Shown: in pieces, positions 9,654-19,449 of the stretch
How positions within the stretch are numbered: the stretch's first letter is position 1
How the letters are laid out: each line of letters opens with the position of its first letter
Source of the DNA: a virus
Lineage: Duplodnaviria; Heunggongvirae; Uroviricota; Caudoviricetes
IMG/VR virus record: IMGVR_UViG_2896607866_000010
Length of the DNA: 29,033 nt
Direction: 5' to 3' (one strand)
The notes under the pieces: generated by a model
The model's database searches: none
What the model was told of the DNA's origin: nothing
What the model saw: the letters and a program-made list of their open reading frames with translations, nothing else
Program-made: the position numbers and the translations under genes

Positions 9654-10559
9654 CTATATTTCCAGACATCTGTTATCACTTAACCCATTACAAGCCCGCT
9701 GCCGCAGATATTCCCGTGGCGAGCGATAACCCAGCGCACTATGCGGATGCCATTCGTTATAATGCTCGAACGCCTCTGCAAGGTTCTTTGCTGCCGTTAA
9801 CCCGTCTGGTTTGGGCATGATACTGATGTAGTCACGCTTTATCGTTTTCACGAAGCTCTCTGCTATTCCGTTACTCTCCGGACTCCGCACCGCCGTGTTC
9901 TTCGGTTCAAGTCCCAACATCCGGGCGAACTGGCGTGTTTCATTAGCCCGGTAGCATGAACCATTATCCGTCAGCCACTCCACTGGAGACGACGGAAGAT
10001 CGTTGCCGAAGCGGCGTTCCACCGCTCCCAGCATGACGTCCTGTACTGTTTCACTGTTGAAGCCGCCGGTAGTCACCGCCCAGTGCAGTGCCTCACGATC
10101 ACAGCAGTCCAGCGCGAACGTGACACGCAGTCTCTCTCCGTTATCACAGCAGAACTCGAACCCGTCAGAGCACCATCGCTGATTGCTTTCTTTCACGGCT
10201 ACTCTGCCTGTATGTGCCCGTTTCGATGGCGGTACAGCAGGTTTTCGCTCAAGCAACAGCGCATTCTGGCGCATGATCCGGTAAACACGTTTGGCATTGA
10301 TCGCAGGCATACCATCAAGTTCTGCCTGTCTGCGAAGCAGCGCCCATACCCGACGATAACCATACGTGGGCAGCTCTCCGATAACATGGTGTATACGGAG
10401 AAGCACATCCGTATCATCAGTGTGACGACTGCGGCGGCCATCCATCCAGTCATCGGTTCGTCTGAGAATGACGTGCAACTGCGCACGCGACACCCGGAGA
10501 CAACGGCTGACTAAGCTTACTCCCCATCCCCGGGCAATAAGGGCGCGTGCGCTATCCAC
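9654..10559 (-). CDS. insD: IS2 transposase OrfB (InsD)
   Basis: 301-aa ORF with IS3-family DDE motifs; A6G slippery site at 10559-10565 on the minus strand. Confidence 0.9.
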
Positions 10560-10882
10560 TTTTTTGCCCGTCCATATTCAACGGCTTCTTTGAGGAGTTC
10601 ATTTTCCATCGTTTTCTTGCCGAGCAGGCGCTGGAGTTCTTTAATCTGCTTCATGGCGGCAGCAAGTTCAGAGGCAGGAACAACCTGTTCTCCGGCGGCC
10701 ACAGCAGTAAGACTTCCTTCCTGGTATTGCTTACGCCAGAGAAATAACTGGCTGGCTGCTACACCATGTTGCCGGGCAACGAGGGAGACCGTCATCCCCG
10801 GTTCAAAGCTCTGCTGAACAATTGCGATCTTTTCCTGTGTGGTACGCCGTCTGCGTTTCTCCGGCCCTAAGACATCAATCAT
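10517..10882 (-). CDS. insC: IS2 transposase OrfA (InsC)
   Basis: 121-aa ORF starting [12 protein letters not shown] at ATG 10882. Confidence 0.85.
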
Positions 10883-10973
10883 CTGTTCTCCAATGACTAG
10901 TCTAAAAACTAGTATTAAGACTATCACTTAAATAAGTGATACTGGTTGTCTGGAGATTCAGGGGGCCAGTCTA

Positions 10974-11641
10974 ATTGCCGCATCATCATCAGACTCCGGA
11001 ACGCCCTCATACACATGTTTAAAACCATCCGGATCACGGCGTCGCGCCGCGTCGATAACCTTAAGCATGGTGTCAGACAGAAACGGATTTTCGTCATAGT
11101 TAATTTTGCGGATGAGAGTGCCTTCGGGCGGATCAACAACGAAGTTGCGCCAGACGAAATCAGTAACAAGTCCGGGGTTGAATATGAACCAGCATTCCGA
11201 ACCCTCTTTACGGATCGTTGGCTCCAGAATTTTCCACTGGTATTCCGTCAGTGCGTGGGCTTCTTCCAGCCACAACACATCGATCCCCTCCAGTGACTTA
11301 ATTTCTTCGATGTTGCGCCATAATCCATAAAAAACAAATTCCGAGCCAGTAACCCGGTTAATGATTTTGTTGTTCAGAATACGGAAACGGTGCCGCAGAC
11401 CAAACCTGTCTATCTGAATTTTGAGCAGGGTATACACCGACTCTTCGATTTTATTCTGGATCTGACGGGCACAACAAAAACGCAGGGTGTATTTATTCGA
11501 CAGAAATATGGCAATGCCAGCGGCATCCCATGATTTTGACGATGACCGACCACCATAAAGCACTTTGTTACGTGCCCGCATAGTCCAGAAACTACGTAAA
11601 GCCGGATTCAGCGTCGGTTTGGATGTCAGAGTAGAAGTCAT
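10974..11641 (-). pseudogene. terL: terminase large subunit, N-terminal (ATPase) fragment interrupted by IS2
   Basis: Walker A-like LYGGRSSSKSWD motif; start ambiguous (ATG at 11641, 11659 or 11668, all overlapping the terS 3' end); frame runs into IS2 at 10973. Confidence 0.7.
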
Positions 11642-12356
11642 TGAGGTCACGCTCTCCATTGCCATCATCAATACCTGCATCACGGCGAAGACGATCAGCC
11701 TCCAGAGACACCTTATCAGTGGCGGCCTTGCGGTAGGCTGTATCAGCAAATATTTTTCCTACCGTCGCAAGCGTGCCAACGATGGACTCAATACGAACTG
11801 TATTGCGCATCATTGCTTTCTCGGCGGCGCTGATATTTTCAATCAGCATCTTCCTTTCCTGGTCCCCATTAGCATCTTCCAGCGACACCAACCACCGACC
11901 AATATTCTCTGCAGCGACAAGGTTGTTAGCACGAAGGCGAAATAATTCGTCCTCGAGCGTCAACGCTTTAGCGTCCTCTATCACCTCATCTTTGAGCAGA
12001 AGGCGACGGGCATAACCACCGTGTTTTAATGCCTGCTGGTTACCGGGTTGGAATGGGTTAGTCGGGGGATCGGTACGCATTCCGCGTATCGGTTTCGTAT
12101 CCGGTGTAGATTCTGTTTTTAGTTGCGTACTTTTTTGTGTAAGGCCAGTAATGGCAGGCTTTCTGCTGGTACGCACTTTCCTTTTTTGCGTACCATTTTT
12201 GCAAACCTGCGTACCGCCACTGCGTGCCCAACCAAGCTTTTTGGCCCTCTTCCTGATAGCCCCTTCTGTAACGCCGTATTTCTCGCCTATATCACGGAGG
12301 CTAAGGACTCCGGCCCGGTATGCCGATTCGATGGCCTCCCAGTCCGGTTTTGCCAT
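11592..12356 (-). CDS. terS: terminase small subunit
   Basis: 254-aa ORF with SD AGGAAG; N-terminal HTH-like segment; directly upstream of and overlapping terL. Confidence 0.65.
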   Translation of the reverse strand: MAKPDWEAIESAYRAGVLSLRDIGEKYGVTEGAIRKRAKKLGWARSGGTQVCKNGTQKRKVRTSRKPAITGLTQKSTQLKTESTPDTKPIRGMRTDPPTNPFQPGNQQALKHGGYARRLLLKDEVIEDAKALTLEDELFRLRANNLVAAENIGRWLVSLEDANGDQERKMLIENISAAEKAMMRNTVRIESIVGTLATVGKIFADTAYRKAATDKVSLEADRLRRDAGIDDGNGERDLNDFYSDIQTDAESGFT

Positions 12357-12489
12357 GATTATGCTTCCTGTGATTTACTGTTATCGCTGCCTGTCACAAT
12401 AGGTTGCTTTAATTCTTTGAAGTGGCACACTGAATTTGGCCACCTGAACAGAGGTGATATGCTCACCTCAGAACAACACAGGTGCTCCA

Positions 12490-13658
<1,169 letters not shown>

Positions 13659-13805
13659 CCACTTCACTTCCTCATCACTCACTCCTGCGACGCTCCGTGG
13701 CAGGGCCCCCCACAGGAGTACCTTGTAAATGTAAGGTGTTTAAGCCTAAATTAAGTCGTATCACGGTTAAATAGCAAAGAAAAATTCACAGAAGGAAAGA
13801 CATTG

Positions 13806-14315
13806 ATGGAGTGGATAAATGCTTTGATGAACTATTTTGTACTTCATCCATATCGCCTATGGGGGCTTCTTTTTATAATAGCGTTCACAAAATCCACTTT
13901 ACTCATTTCGGCGATATTGCCACCAGCATCAATTATGATGGCCACTGTAATTACAGTCAGCAAGACGACTCTTTCACCATGGGAAGCTGGAATCACGGTC
14001 ATGAGTGGCGCATGGTGCGGTACTATCGTTAATTACCATCTTGGTATAATAATTGGGCATATCCCTCAACTTGCATGTATAATATCGAGCCGTTCCAATA
14101 CAATAGAACGGGTTCGCCTTCAGTTGCAAAATAACTCTGTGTCAATACTTTTCACTTCGCGCTTTATCGCCGTGCTGCGTTACATTGCTCCTTTGGTGGC
14201 AGGAATGTTGCAACTTCATCCAGTGAAAGTGTATACAGTGAGTCTGATTTCAGCTGCTAGCTGGTCAGCACTTTATGTTGGTAGTTTTAGCTTCGTGTTG
14301 CCTTTTTTTAGCTAA
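13806..14315 (+). CDS. YqaA/DedA-superfamily-like small inner-membrane protein (tentative)
   Basis: About 169-aa ORF with SD GAAGGAAAG; several hydrophobic segments; segments resemble E. coli YqaA as recalled (ILPPASIMMATVI vs LLPGNSEVVLVAM; AVLRYIAPLVAG vs GKALRYVAVAAA). The gene is visibly AT-rich compared with the flanking phage DNA. Confidence 0.4.
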   Translation: MEWINALMNYFVLHPYRLWGLLFIIAFTKSTLLISAILPPASIMMATVITVSKTTLSPWEAGITVMSGAWCGTIVNYHLGIIIGHIPQLACIISSRSNTIERVRLQLQNNSVSILFTSRFIAVLRYIAPLVAGMLQLHPVKVYTVSLISAASWSALYVGSFSFVLPFFS

Positions 14316-14403
14316 ACTGCCCATAAAAAGCTCTTGCGAATCCAGCTTCCCCCATTCCTCTGACAACAGAATCTGATTTGAAGGATAATGAGTAAAATTA
14401 CCG

Positions 14404-14622
14404 CTACCCCCCAAGGCATTGGATCCTGATGTACTCCTGAAGCATTCTCAATGCTGTCTGGTCGCTGATGGGGCGCTTACCCAGAAGCAGACTTCCCAGC
14501 ACACCAATCGCAGCCCACTGTGATGGACTGACCTGATCCAACCACTGCAAAAACCAGTAGCCGGCACTGCCGGCGGAGGTGCCGTAGGCAATGCCTGTTG
14601 ATATTTTTTCCATCTGATACAT
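14404..14622 (-). CDS. class II holin of the 933W S-type, with a divergent C-terminus (possibly a remnant)
   Basis: N-terminal [10 protein letters not shown]...[25 protein letters not shown] matches the 933W-type holin as recalled; the C-terminal 20 or so residues do not; no endolysin or Rz genes follow. Confidence 0.5.
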   Translation of the reverse strand: MYQMEKISTGIAYGTSAGSAGYWFLQWLDQVSPSQWAAIGVLGSLLLGKRPISDQTALRMLQEYIRIQCLGG

Positions 14623-15303
14623 ATCCCGCCCCCCCGACAGACCTGTGCTATCGGAAAGAAAAAAGGCCATCAGCAAAACTCTGATGGCCTGAATCACCTT
14701 TACCAATATTGTATGAAAAAACACGCACGACTAATTGACAATAATTTTCATTTCCATTAAAAAAGATCGCGTAGCATTCTTAATTCATGAGGAACTTTAC
14801 CCGCCAGCAATCTGAGTAGCGAAAGCTGTTCATCCCCAATGTTTTTGCTGGCGGGTCCTTTTTTCTACGGTCCTCCTCCCCTGAGGGGGGCATTTCATTA
14901 TTTTTCTAATCGTTACTGGTGAGAAGGCGGAAGAAAAAGCCAGTTCTTCGTCCCTAAATAACAGCATGATTCCAGTCCATGCAAAATCTGATTTCCAGCT
15001 CACACATACCGAGTACTGTACAAAAAACAGCCAACCAAGGCAGTTAAGAGTGTGTTCCCGGGGTTTGCTTAGAATATTTTGTAAGTTGTCCGAAGAGATA
15101 TTTACAACACCAGAATGATGCATTATCAGTCCCCTGCCAGAGGTTCACTACGTAACCTGACCGACAATGCACCATTCTGGTGCTGAAAAAAGAGCACTGG
15201 AACTGCAACAAAACAACATCACAGAACAGGAGATGGTAAGGAGTCAGACATTCCCACACAATATTGTGTCAGTGCAAATAACAACCTTCGTCTCAAATCT
15301 CGC

Positions 15304-15378
<75 letters not shown>

Positions 15379-15381
15379 ATA

Positions 15382-15456
<75 letters not shown>

Positions 15457-15458
15457 GC

Positions 15459-15535
15459 TGGCCCACCACCGAGGACTCGAACCTCGCACCGTCAACTTAG
15501 AAGGTTGATGCTCTATCCGGATGAGCTAGTGGTGG
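15459..15535 (-). tRNA. tRNA-Arg (anticodon UCU), phage argN/argU-like
   Basis: Cloverleaf with anticodon loop CUUCUAA, T-loop TTCGAGT, acceptor CCACCAC/GTGGTGG and encoded CCA; unusual C at position 1. Confidence 0.7.
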
Positions 15536-15536
15536 T

Positions 15537-15613
15537 TGGTGGCCCTTGCTGGACTTGAACCAGCGACCTGGCGATTATGAGTCGCTCGCTCTGACCAACT
15601 GAGCTAAAGGGCC
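15537..15613 (-). tRNA. tRNA with CAU anticodon, most similar to tRNA-Ile2 (ileX/ileZ-like); Met not excluded
   Basis: Cloverleaf with acceptor GGCCCTT/AAGGGCC, anticodon loop CUCAUAA, T-loop TTCAAGT and encoded CCA; resembles E. coli ileX as recalled. Confidence 0.75.
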
Positions 15614-15701
15614 GGAGGCAGAATAATAACCATATGTCATCACATCTGCAAACTCATCTGACCACCAGCACGTTTAACGTCCTGTGCCGTTTTTCAGGTA
15701 T

Positions 15702-15723
15702 AAAAAAACCCGCATAAAGCGGG
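15702..15723 (-). terminator. rho-independent terminator downstream of Q (tR'-like)
   Basis: Minus-strand hairpin CCCGC-TTTAT-GCGGG followed by seven T residues, about 80 nt after the Q stop and just before the tRNA array. Confidence 0.6.
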
Positions 15724-15802
15724 CTCTTTCAAATGTCCATGTCTGCTATTCGCCTCGCGGTACAGCTTTGCGAAGCGTACAAGAATTGAAGCAGTTTTTA
15801 CG

Positions 15803-16357
15803 TCAAAAAGCAATAACTTTTTTCTCTATACCAAAAGCCATAACCATTGGTTTGTACAAAATAAATTCTGCCACCTTTAGCCAATGCTCAATGCGTCTTT
15901 CACAGGTTCTTAAACTCCATTTCGGGTGTGCATCATTCAGCAGTTCAGCCATTTTGCGTTTGGTCATCCCCCGCCCCTCATAGCGTTGCCGAAGGACGCT
16001 AATCAATCCTGGATGCTCTGCCAGCACCTCACTTATGACCCGATCAATACATAACGCCTCTGCATCAGTACAATGCGCCAGCCAGCTCTTTTGCTTACCG
16101 TTAATCATATCCCGCAAAAAAGCCTCAAGTTCAGACTTGTTCAGACCTGCTTTTTTCATCCTCCGGAGCGCCTCGTTAATTGCCGTTTTTGTCAGCTTTT
16201 TAGAGGTCAACATCAGGTTAAACATATTCCCCGTCTTACCGCCACCAATATACGACCAGCGCCCCCACATACGTAGTTTTCCCTGAATCCAGACACTTTC
16301 CAGCGTGGTGAGACGAAGGTGTTCTCCGCTTTTTCCTGTATTCGTTGGGTAAATCAT
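15803..16357 (-). CDS. putative late-gene antiterminator Q
   Basis: 184-aa ORF with strong SD AAGGAGG and ATGA overlap with the upstream gene; located immediately before a tR'-like terminator, tRNA genes and the holin, the canonical Q position. Family assignment from recall, not verified. Confidence 0.5.
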   Translation of the reverse strand: MIYPTNTGKSGEHLRLTTLESVWIQGKLRMWGRWSYIGGGKTGNMFNLMLTSKKLTKTAINEALRRMKKAGLNKSELEAFLRDMINGKQKSWLAHCTDAEALCIDRVISEVLAEHPGLISVLRQRYEGRGMTKRKMAELLNDAHPKWSLRTCERRIEHWLKVAEFILYKPMVMAFGIEKKVIAF

Positions 16358-16644
16358 AAATATCCCTCCTTTCTCCAGATTTCTTGTGTGCGAAAAACAC
16401 CTTCTGCATGCATCAGGCGTAATTCTTCTTTGGTGTAATCGCTGGTTTTTACCCGCCCGTCGATTAAATCGTGGCACGAGCTACAGGCAATCGCTGCCTG
16501 CATATCGTGTGGCTTTATCGCTGTTCCGCACGTTCCCGCCAGTCGGTAATGCGCCAGCACAGACGTTTCCGGATCGTGATTGCAGTAGCCAGGAATTCTG
16601 ACGGTGCACATCTGCCCCCGCGCCGCTTTAAGTAAATCCACCAT
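16354..16644 (-). CDS. YbcO-like protein (DUF1364, putative nuclease) of the nin region
   Basis: 96-aa ORF with Cys pairs (CTVRIPGYC and CSSCHDLIDGR) resembling DLP12 YbcO as recalled. Confidence 0.5.
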   Translation of the reverse strand: MVDLLKAARGQMCTVRIPGYCNHDPETSVLAHYRLAGTCGTAIKPHDMQAAIACSSCHDLIDGRVKTSDYTKEELRLMHAEGVFRTQEIWRKEGYL

Positions 16645-17243
16645 TACGCAAACTCCAGCAGCTGCGCGGCCACATTTTCGACTTGTTCCGGAGAGGAAAA
16701 TTTACGGAACAGAATCCAGTTCCACAGCACATTCAGTACAGATTTATAAACCTGCTGAAACTCGGTTTCGTCCATATTCGCAAACGCGATAGATTTCGCC
16801 CGACACCCACGGCTACCGTCCGGATAAAAATGCTCGGTGTAAAATCCGGCCTGAATGGCTACCCACTCGCGGAAAGCCTCAAACGACTTTAGCAAAGCCG
16901 TATCACGGGTTCTGCGTGTCGCAACTGTATTCAGATATTGCTCTGCGGCTTCGCTCAGAGCTGGCGTATGTTCCCGGCCTACTGATTCACACAGGTAATC
17001 AACGAAACCGGACACCAGTTTTCGTTCGCGAGGCGTGATCGCCCCACCGACCGGAGTCCAGTAATCGAAACCCAGTTGCAGGAGTTTGAAAAAACGCTTG
17101 TGGAATGCGTAGTTACGCACACGCTTAAAGTCTGCGTGTATCCACTCACCTATTTTGATTTGATGCAGAAAATCGCAACTCTCCGGCGTCGCCGGGAGAA
17201 GTAATCCGGAAGAGGTTTGTTTGACCAGTTGTATATGTGCCAT
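16644..17243 (-). CDS. nin-region protein, YbcN/DUF1367-like (tentative)
   Basis: 199-aa ORF from ATG 17243 with SD GGAGAAAG; stop overlaps the downstream start (TAATG). Confidence 0.4.
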   Translation of the reverse strand: MAHIQLVKQTSSGLLLPATPESCDFLHQIKIGEWIHADFKRVRNYAFHKRFFKLLQLGFDYWTPVGGAITPRERKLVSGFVDYLCESVGREHTPALSEAAEQYLNTVATRRTRDTALLKSFEAFREWVAIQAGFYTEHFYPDGSRGCRAKSIAFANMDETEFQQVYKSVLNVLWNWILFRKFSSPEQVENVAAQLLEFA

Positions 17244-17281
17244 CGGCTTTCTCCGGTGGCACGGTGTTACACAGCAGGAGT

Positions 17282-17569
17282 TCAATCCTGCTCAAGATTG
17301 TAGATGAGTTTATTCTTCAGCAAAAGCAGAAAACCAGCCTTAAAACCAATCTCTTTCAAAACCCGTAATGATGTGACAAATTCGTCCTCACGCAAAATAA
17401 AACCGTCCGTCAGAAGTCCATTACAAAAATAAAATAACACAGCACCGCTCTTCCTTTGTTGAGATTGCAAACATCTAATGCGGCAATGGCTGACAATCGC
17501 TCCATTCTCAACGCGCACAGCATAGAGGCTATTTTCACTAAAAATTTCACGCAATTCTTCGATTTTCAT
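17282..17569 (-). CDS. hypothetical phage protein
   Basis: 95-aa ORF with SD GGAAGGA; stop adjacent to the next gene; no recognisable family. Confidence 0.35.
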   Translation of the reverse strand: MKIEELREIFSENSLYAVRVENGAIVSHCRIRCLQSQQRKSGAVLFYFCNGLLTDGFILREDEFVTSLRVLKEIGFKAGFLLLLKNKLIYNLEQD

Positions 17570-17698
17570 CTTCAGAATCCTTCCAGATAAATAGCTCTCC
17601 CCTGTTCGGGGTCCATCCCTCTTCTCCCTGCGCGCTACTTAAGTGAGTCGATTCTATCTGCGAAGGTGCGCGAATCAAATTCACCGGAAATAAACAAC

Positions 17699-17741
17699 AA
17701 AAAACCCGCCGAAACGCTGAGAGATCACAGCGATGGGCGGG
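17699..17741 (-). terminator. rho-independent terminator downstream of hok
   Basis: Minus-strand hairpin CCCGCC ... GGCGGG with an inner CGCTG/CAGCG stem, followed by six T residues. Confidence 0.5.
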
Positions 17742-17818
17742 TTAAGTGCGGGTGCGTTGAGGATGCCTGACACATCAGAGGTGGGCGGGGATGGGATCAG
17801 CTCCCCACCCGGTCACTC

Positions 17819-17974
17819 TTACTTCCTGGATTCGTAGTCTACGAAGACAGCGACCTCCGTCTGGCCGGTTCGGATTCGTACCTCACAGAGGTCTTTCCTC
17901 GTTACCAGTGCCGTCACTATGACGGTTAAACAGATGACGATCAGGGCGATTAACATCGCCTTTTGCTGCTTCAT
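17819..17974 (-). CDS. hok: Hok/Gef-family membrane toxin (type I toxin-antitoxin), HokD/RelF-like
   Basis: 51-aa product MKQQKAMLIALIVICLTVIVTALVTRKDLCEVRIRTGQTEVAVF... matching Hok/RelF as recalled; SD AAGGAG 9 nt upstream. Confidence 0.8.
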   Translation of the reverse strand: MKQQKAMLIALIVICLTVIVTALVTRKDLCEVRIRTGQTEVAVFVDYESRK

Positions 17975-18201
17975 AGCCTGCTTCTCCTTGCCTTTCGGCA
18001 TGTAAGAGGCTAACCTACATGTGCAAAGCATGAAATTGGCCTCAGATTAATGTTAAGCGTCTTGCCGGACGCGTAATGTTAACTGGGGCTTTTCTCTATC
18101 TGCCTTTTGGTGTTCATGCCTGAAGCAGATAGCCTCAAGCACCCGCAGTCATTCTACTTACCTCGCCAATATGAAATCAATCAGAAAGGTGCCCCATAAA
18201 A

Positions 18202-18888
18202 TCACTCCTTCTCTTCTTTACCGTAGTGGAGTTGACCAATTTTGATAAGAGGGCGTCCCTGAGATTTGCGGTGTAGATTGGTATCGCGCAGAGAATACAC
18301 ACAGCCACAATATTCCTGCTGATAGAATTTTTCGCGCTTGCTGATTTCAATCATACGGGACGAGCCGCCCTGCTTGCGCCAGTTATAATCCCAGTACACC
18401 ATGCCCGGATAATGCGCGACGGCTCGCCGCCCACAGTCGTTAACCTGCTGCATATTTTTCCAGCGTGAAATGCCCAGTGAACTGCTGATCACACTGAAAC
18501 CATTTTCAGCGGCGTACAGCGCTGTCCGCTCAAAACGCATGTCAAAACACATGGTGCAACGGATCCCTCGTTCGGGCTCCCATTCCATTCCTTTGGCTCG
18601 TTCAAACCAGTTGTCTGTGTCGTAATCAGCATCAATAAACGGCACGCCGTGTTGTTCAGCAAAGCGAATATTCTCATCCTTACGAATTAAATACTCTTTC
18701 TGAGGATGAATGTTCGGGTTGTAGAAAAAGATGGTGTAGTCGATTCCCGAGGCCTGAAGCGCCTCCATCACCTCACCGGAACATGGAGCACAGCAAGAGT
18801 GCAGTAGTAGTTTGTTTGCCCCGTTTGGGAGCTCCAATTTGGGCCGTTTGAAATCAGCAACTGTCATAAATATGTTTATTGGGGTCAT
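18202..18888 (-). CDS. QueH-like protein (DUF208, epoxyqueuosine reductase family), tentative
   Basis: 228-aa ORF with the characteristic Cys motifs: HSCCAPC near the N-terminus, RCTMC in the middle and YCGCVYS near the C-terminus. No obvious SD; alternative ATG at 18867. Confidence 0.55.
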   Translation of the reverse strand: MTPINIFMTVADFKRPKLELPNGANKLLLHSCCAPCSGEVMEALQASGIDYTIFFYNPNIHPQKEYLIRKDENIRFAEQHGVPFIDADYDTDNWFERAKGMEWEPERGIRCTMCFDMRFERTALYAAENGFSVISSSLGISRWKNMQQVNDCGRRAVAHYPGMVYWDYNWRKQGGSSRMIEISKREKFYQQEYCGCVYSLRDTNLHRKSQGRPLIKIGQLHYGKEEKE

Positions 18889-19035
18889 AAAAATATCAAA
18901 GAGTGTAGCATTAGAACGGGGCTATCGGAAACAGATGTGTGACTGCTCCCCGCCCTTTCGGGCGGTCTCCTGATGATTTGAGGGTGCAGAAATCCCTCCG
19001 GTTAAGGATTAAATTTTTAACAGTGCTAAATTTAA

Positions 19036-19449
19036 TTATTCAGTTCTGGATTTTGTCGCCCTGCGTATCCGCGCTTTCGCGTTACGCTCAATCTGTATCA
19101 GCTTTTCTATATTTCTCCGCCTTTCCTGTTCCTCCTGGCGCAATAGCCTTACATCATCTGCCAGTCTGGTTTCTCTTTTTGCCACAGAGAGCATCCAGTC
19201 AAACGGCTCCACAACCGCACCGCAGATTTTACAGCGGACCTGACGCTCTTTTTCGTCAACCCGTACAGAGGCGTGATGGCAATATGGTCTTTCCGATGGC
19301 TCATAAAGAAAATTAACCTGATTACGAGGGTCATCCTCTTTTATCGGAAATAAAACGATATTGCTTAACTCATCTTCTGGTTTTATTTCCATGCTCCTCT
19401 CCTTTGATGCGAATGCCAGCGGTAATTGAAGCCTGATAGCTAATTTCAT
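19036..19449 (-). CDS. hypothetical protein with a putative zinc-ribbon (C-x-HH ... C-x2-C) and a basic coiled-coil C-terminus
   Basis: 137-aa ORF with SD AGGAGG; start abuts the upstream stop (TGAATG), suggesting one operon. Confidence 0.4.
   Translation of the reverse strand: MKLAIRLQLPLAFASKERSMEIKPEDELSNIVLFPIKEDDPRNQVNFLYEPSERPYCHHASVRVDEKERQVRCKICGAVVEPFDWMLSVAKRETRLADDVRLLRQEEQERRRNIEKLIQIERNAKARIRRATKSRTE

Larger units (their letters stand above)
9643..10973 (-). mobile_element. IS2, complete 1331-bp copy with 5-bp target-site duplication ATTGC
   Basis: Ends TGGATTTGCCCCTAT... and ...CAGGGGGCCAGTCTA; identical ATTGC at 9638-9642 and 10974-10978; InsC/InsD ORFs inside. Confidence 0.9.

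Noticed and set aside
14725-15303. Possible stx or other toxin genes at the canonical Stx-phage site between the tRNAs and holin
   Set aside because: Only short, unconvincing ORFs (97 and 71 aa, minus strand) with no SD or signal-peptide-like N-termini; the interval is too short for stxAB.
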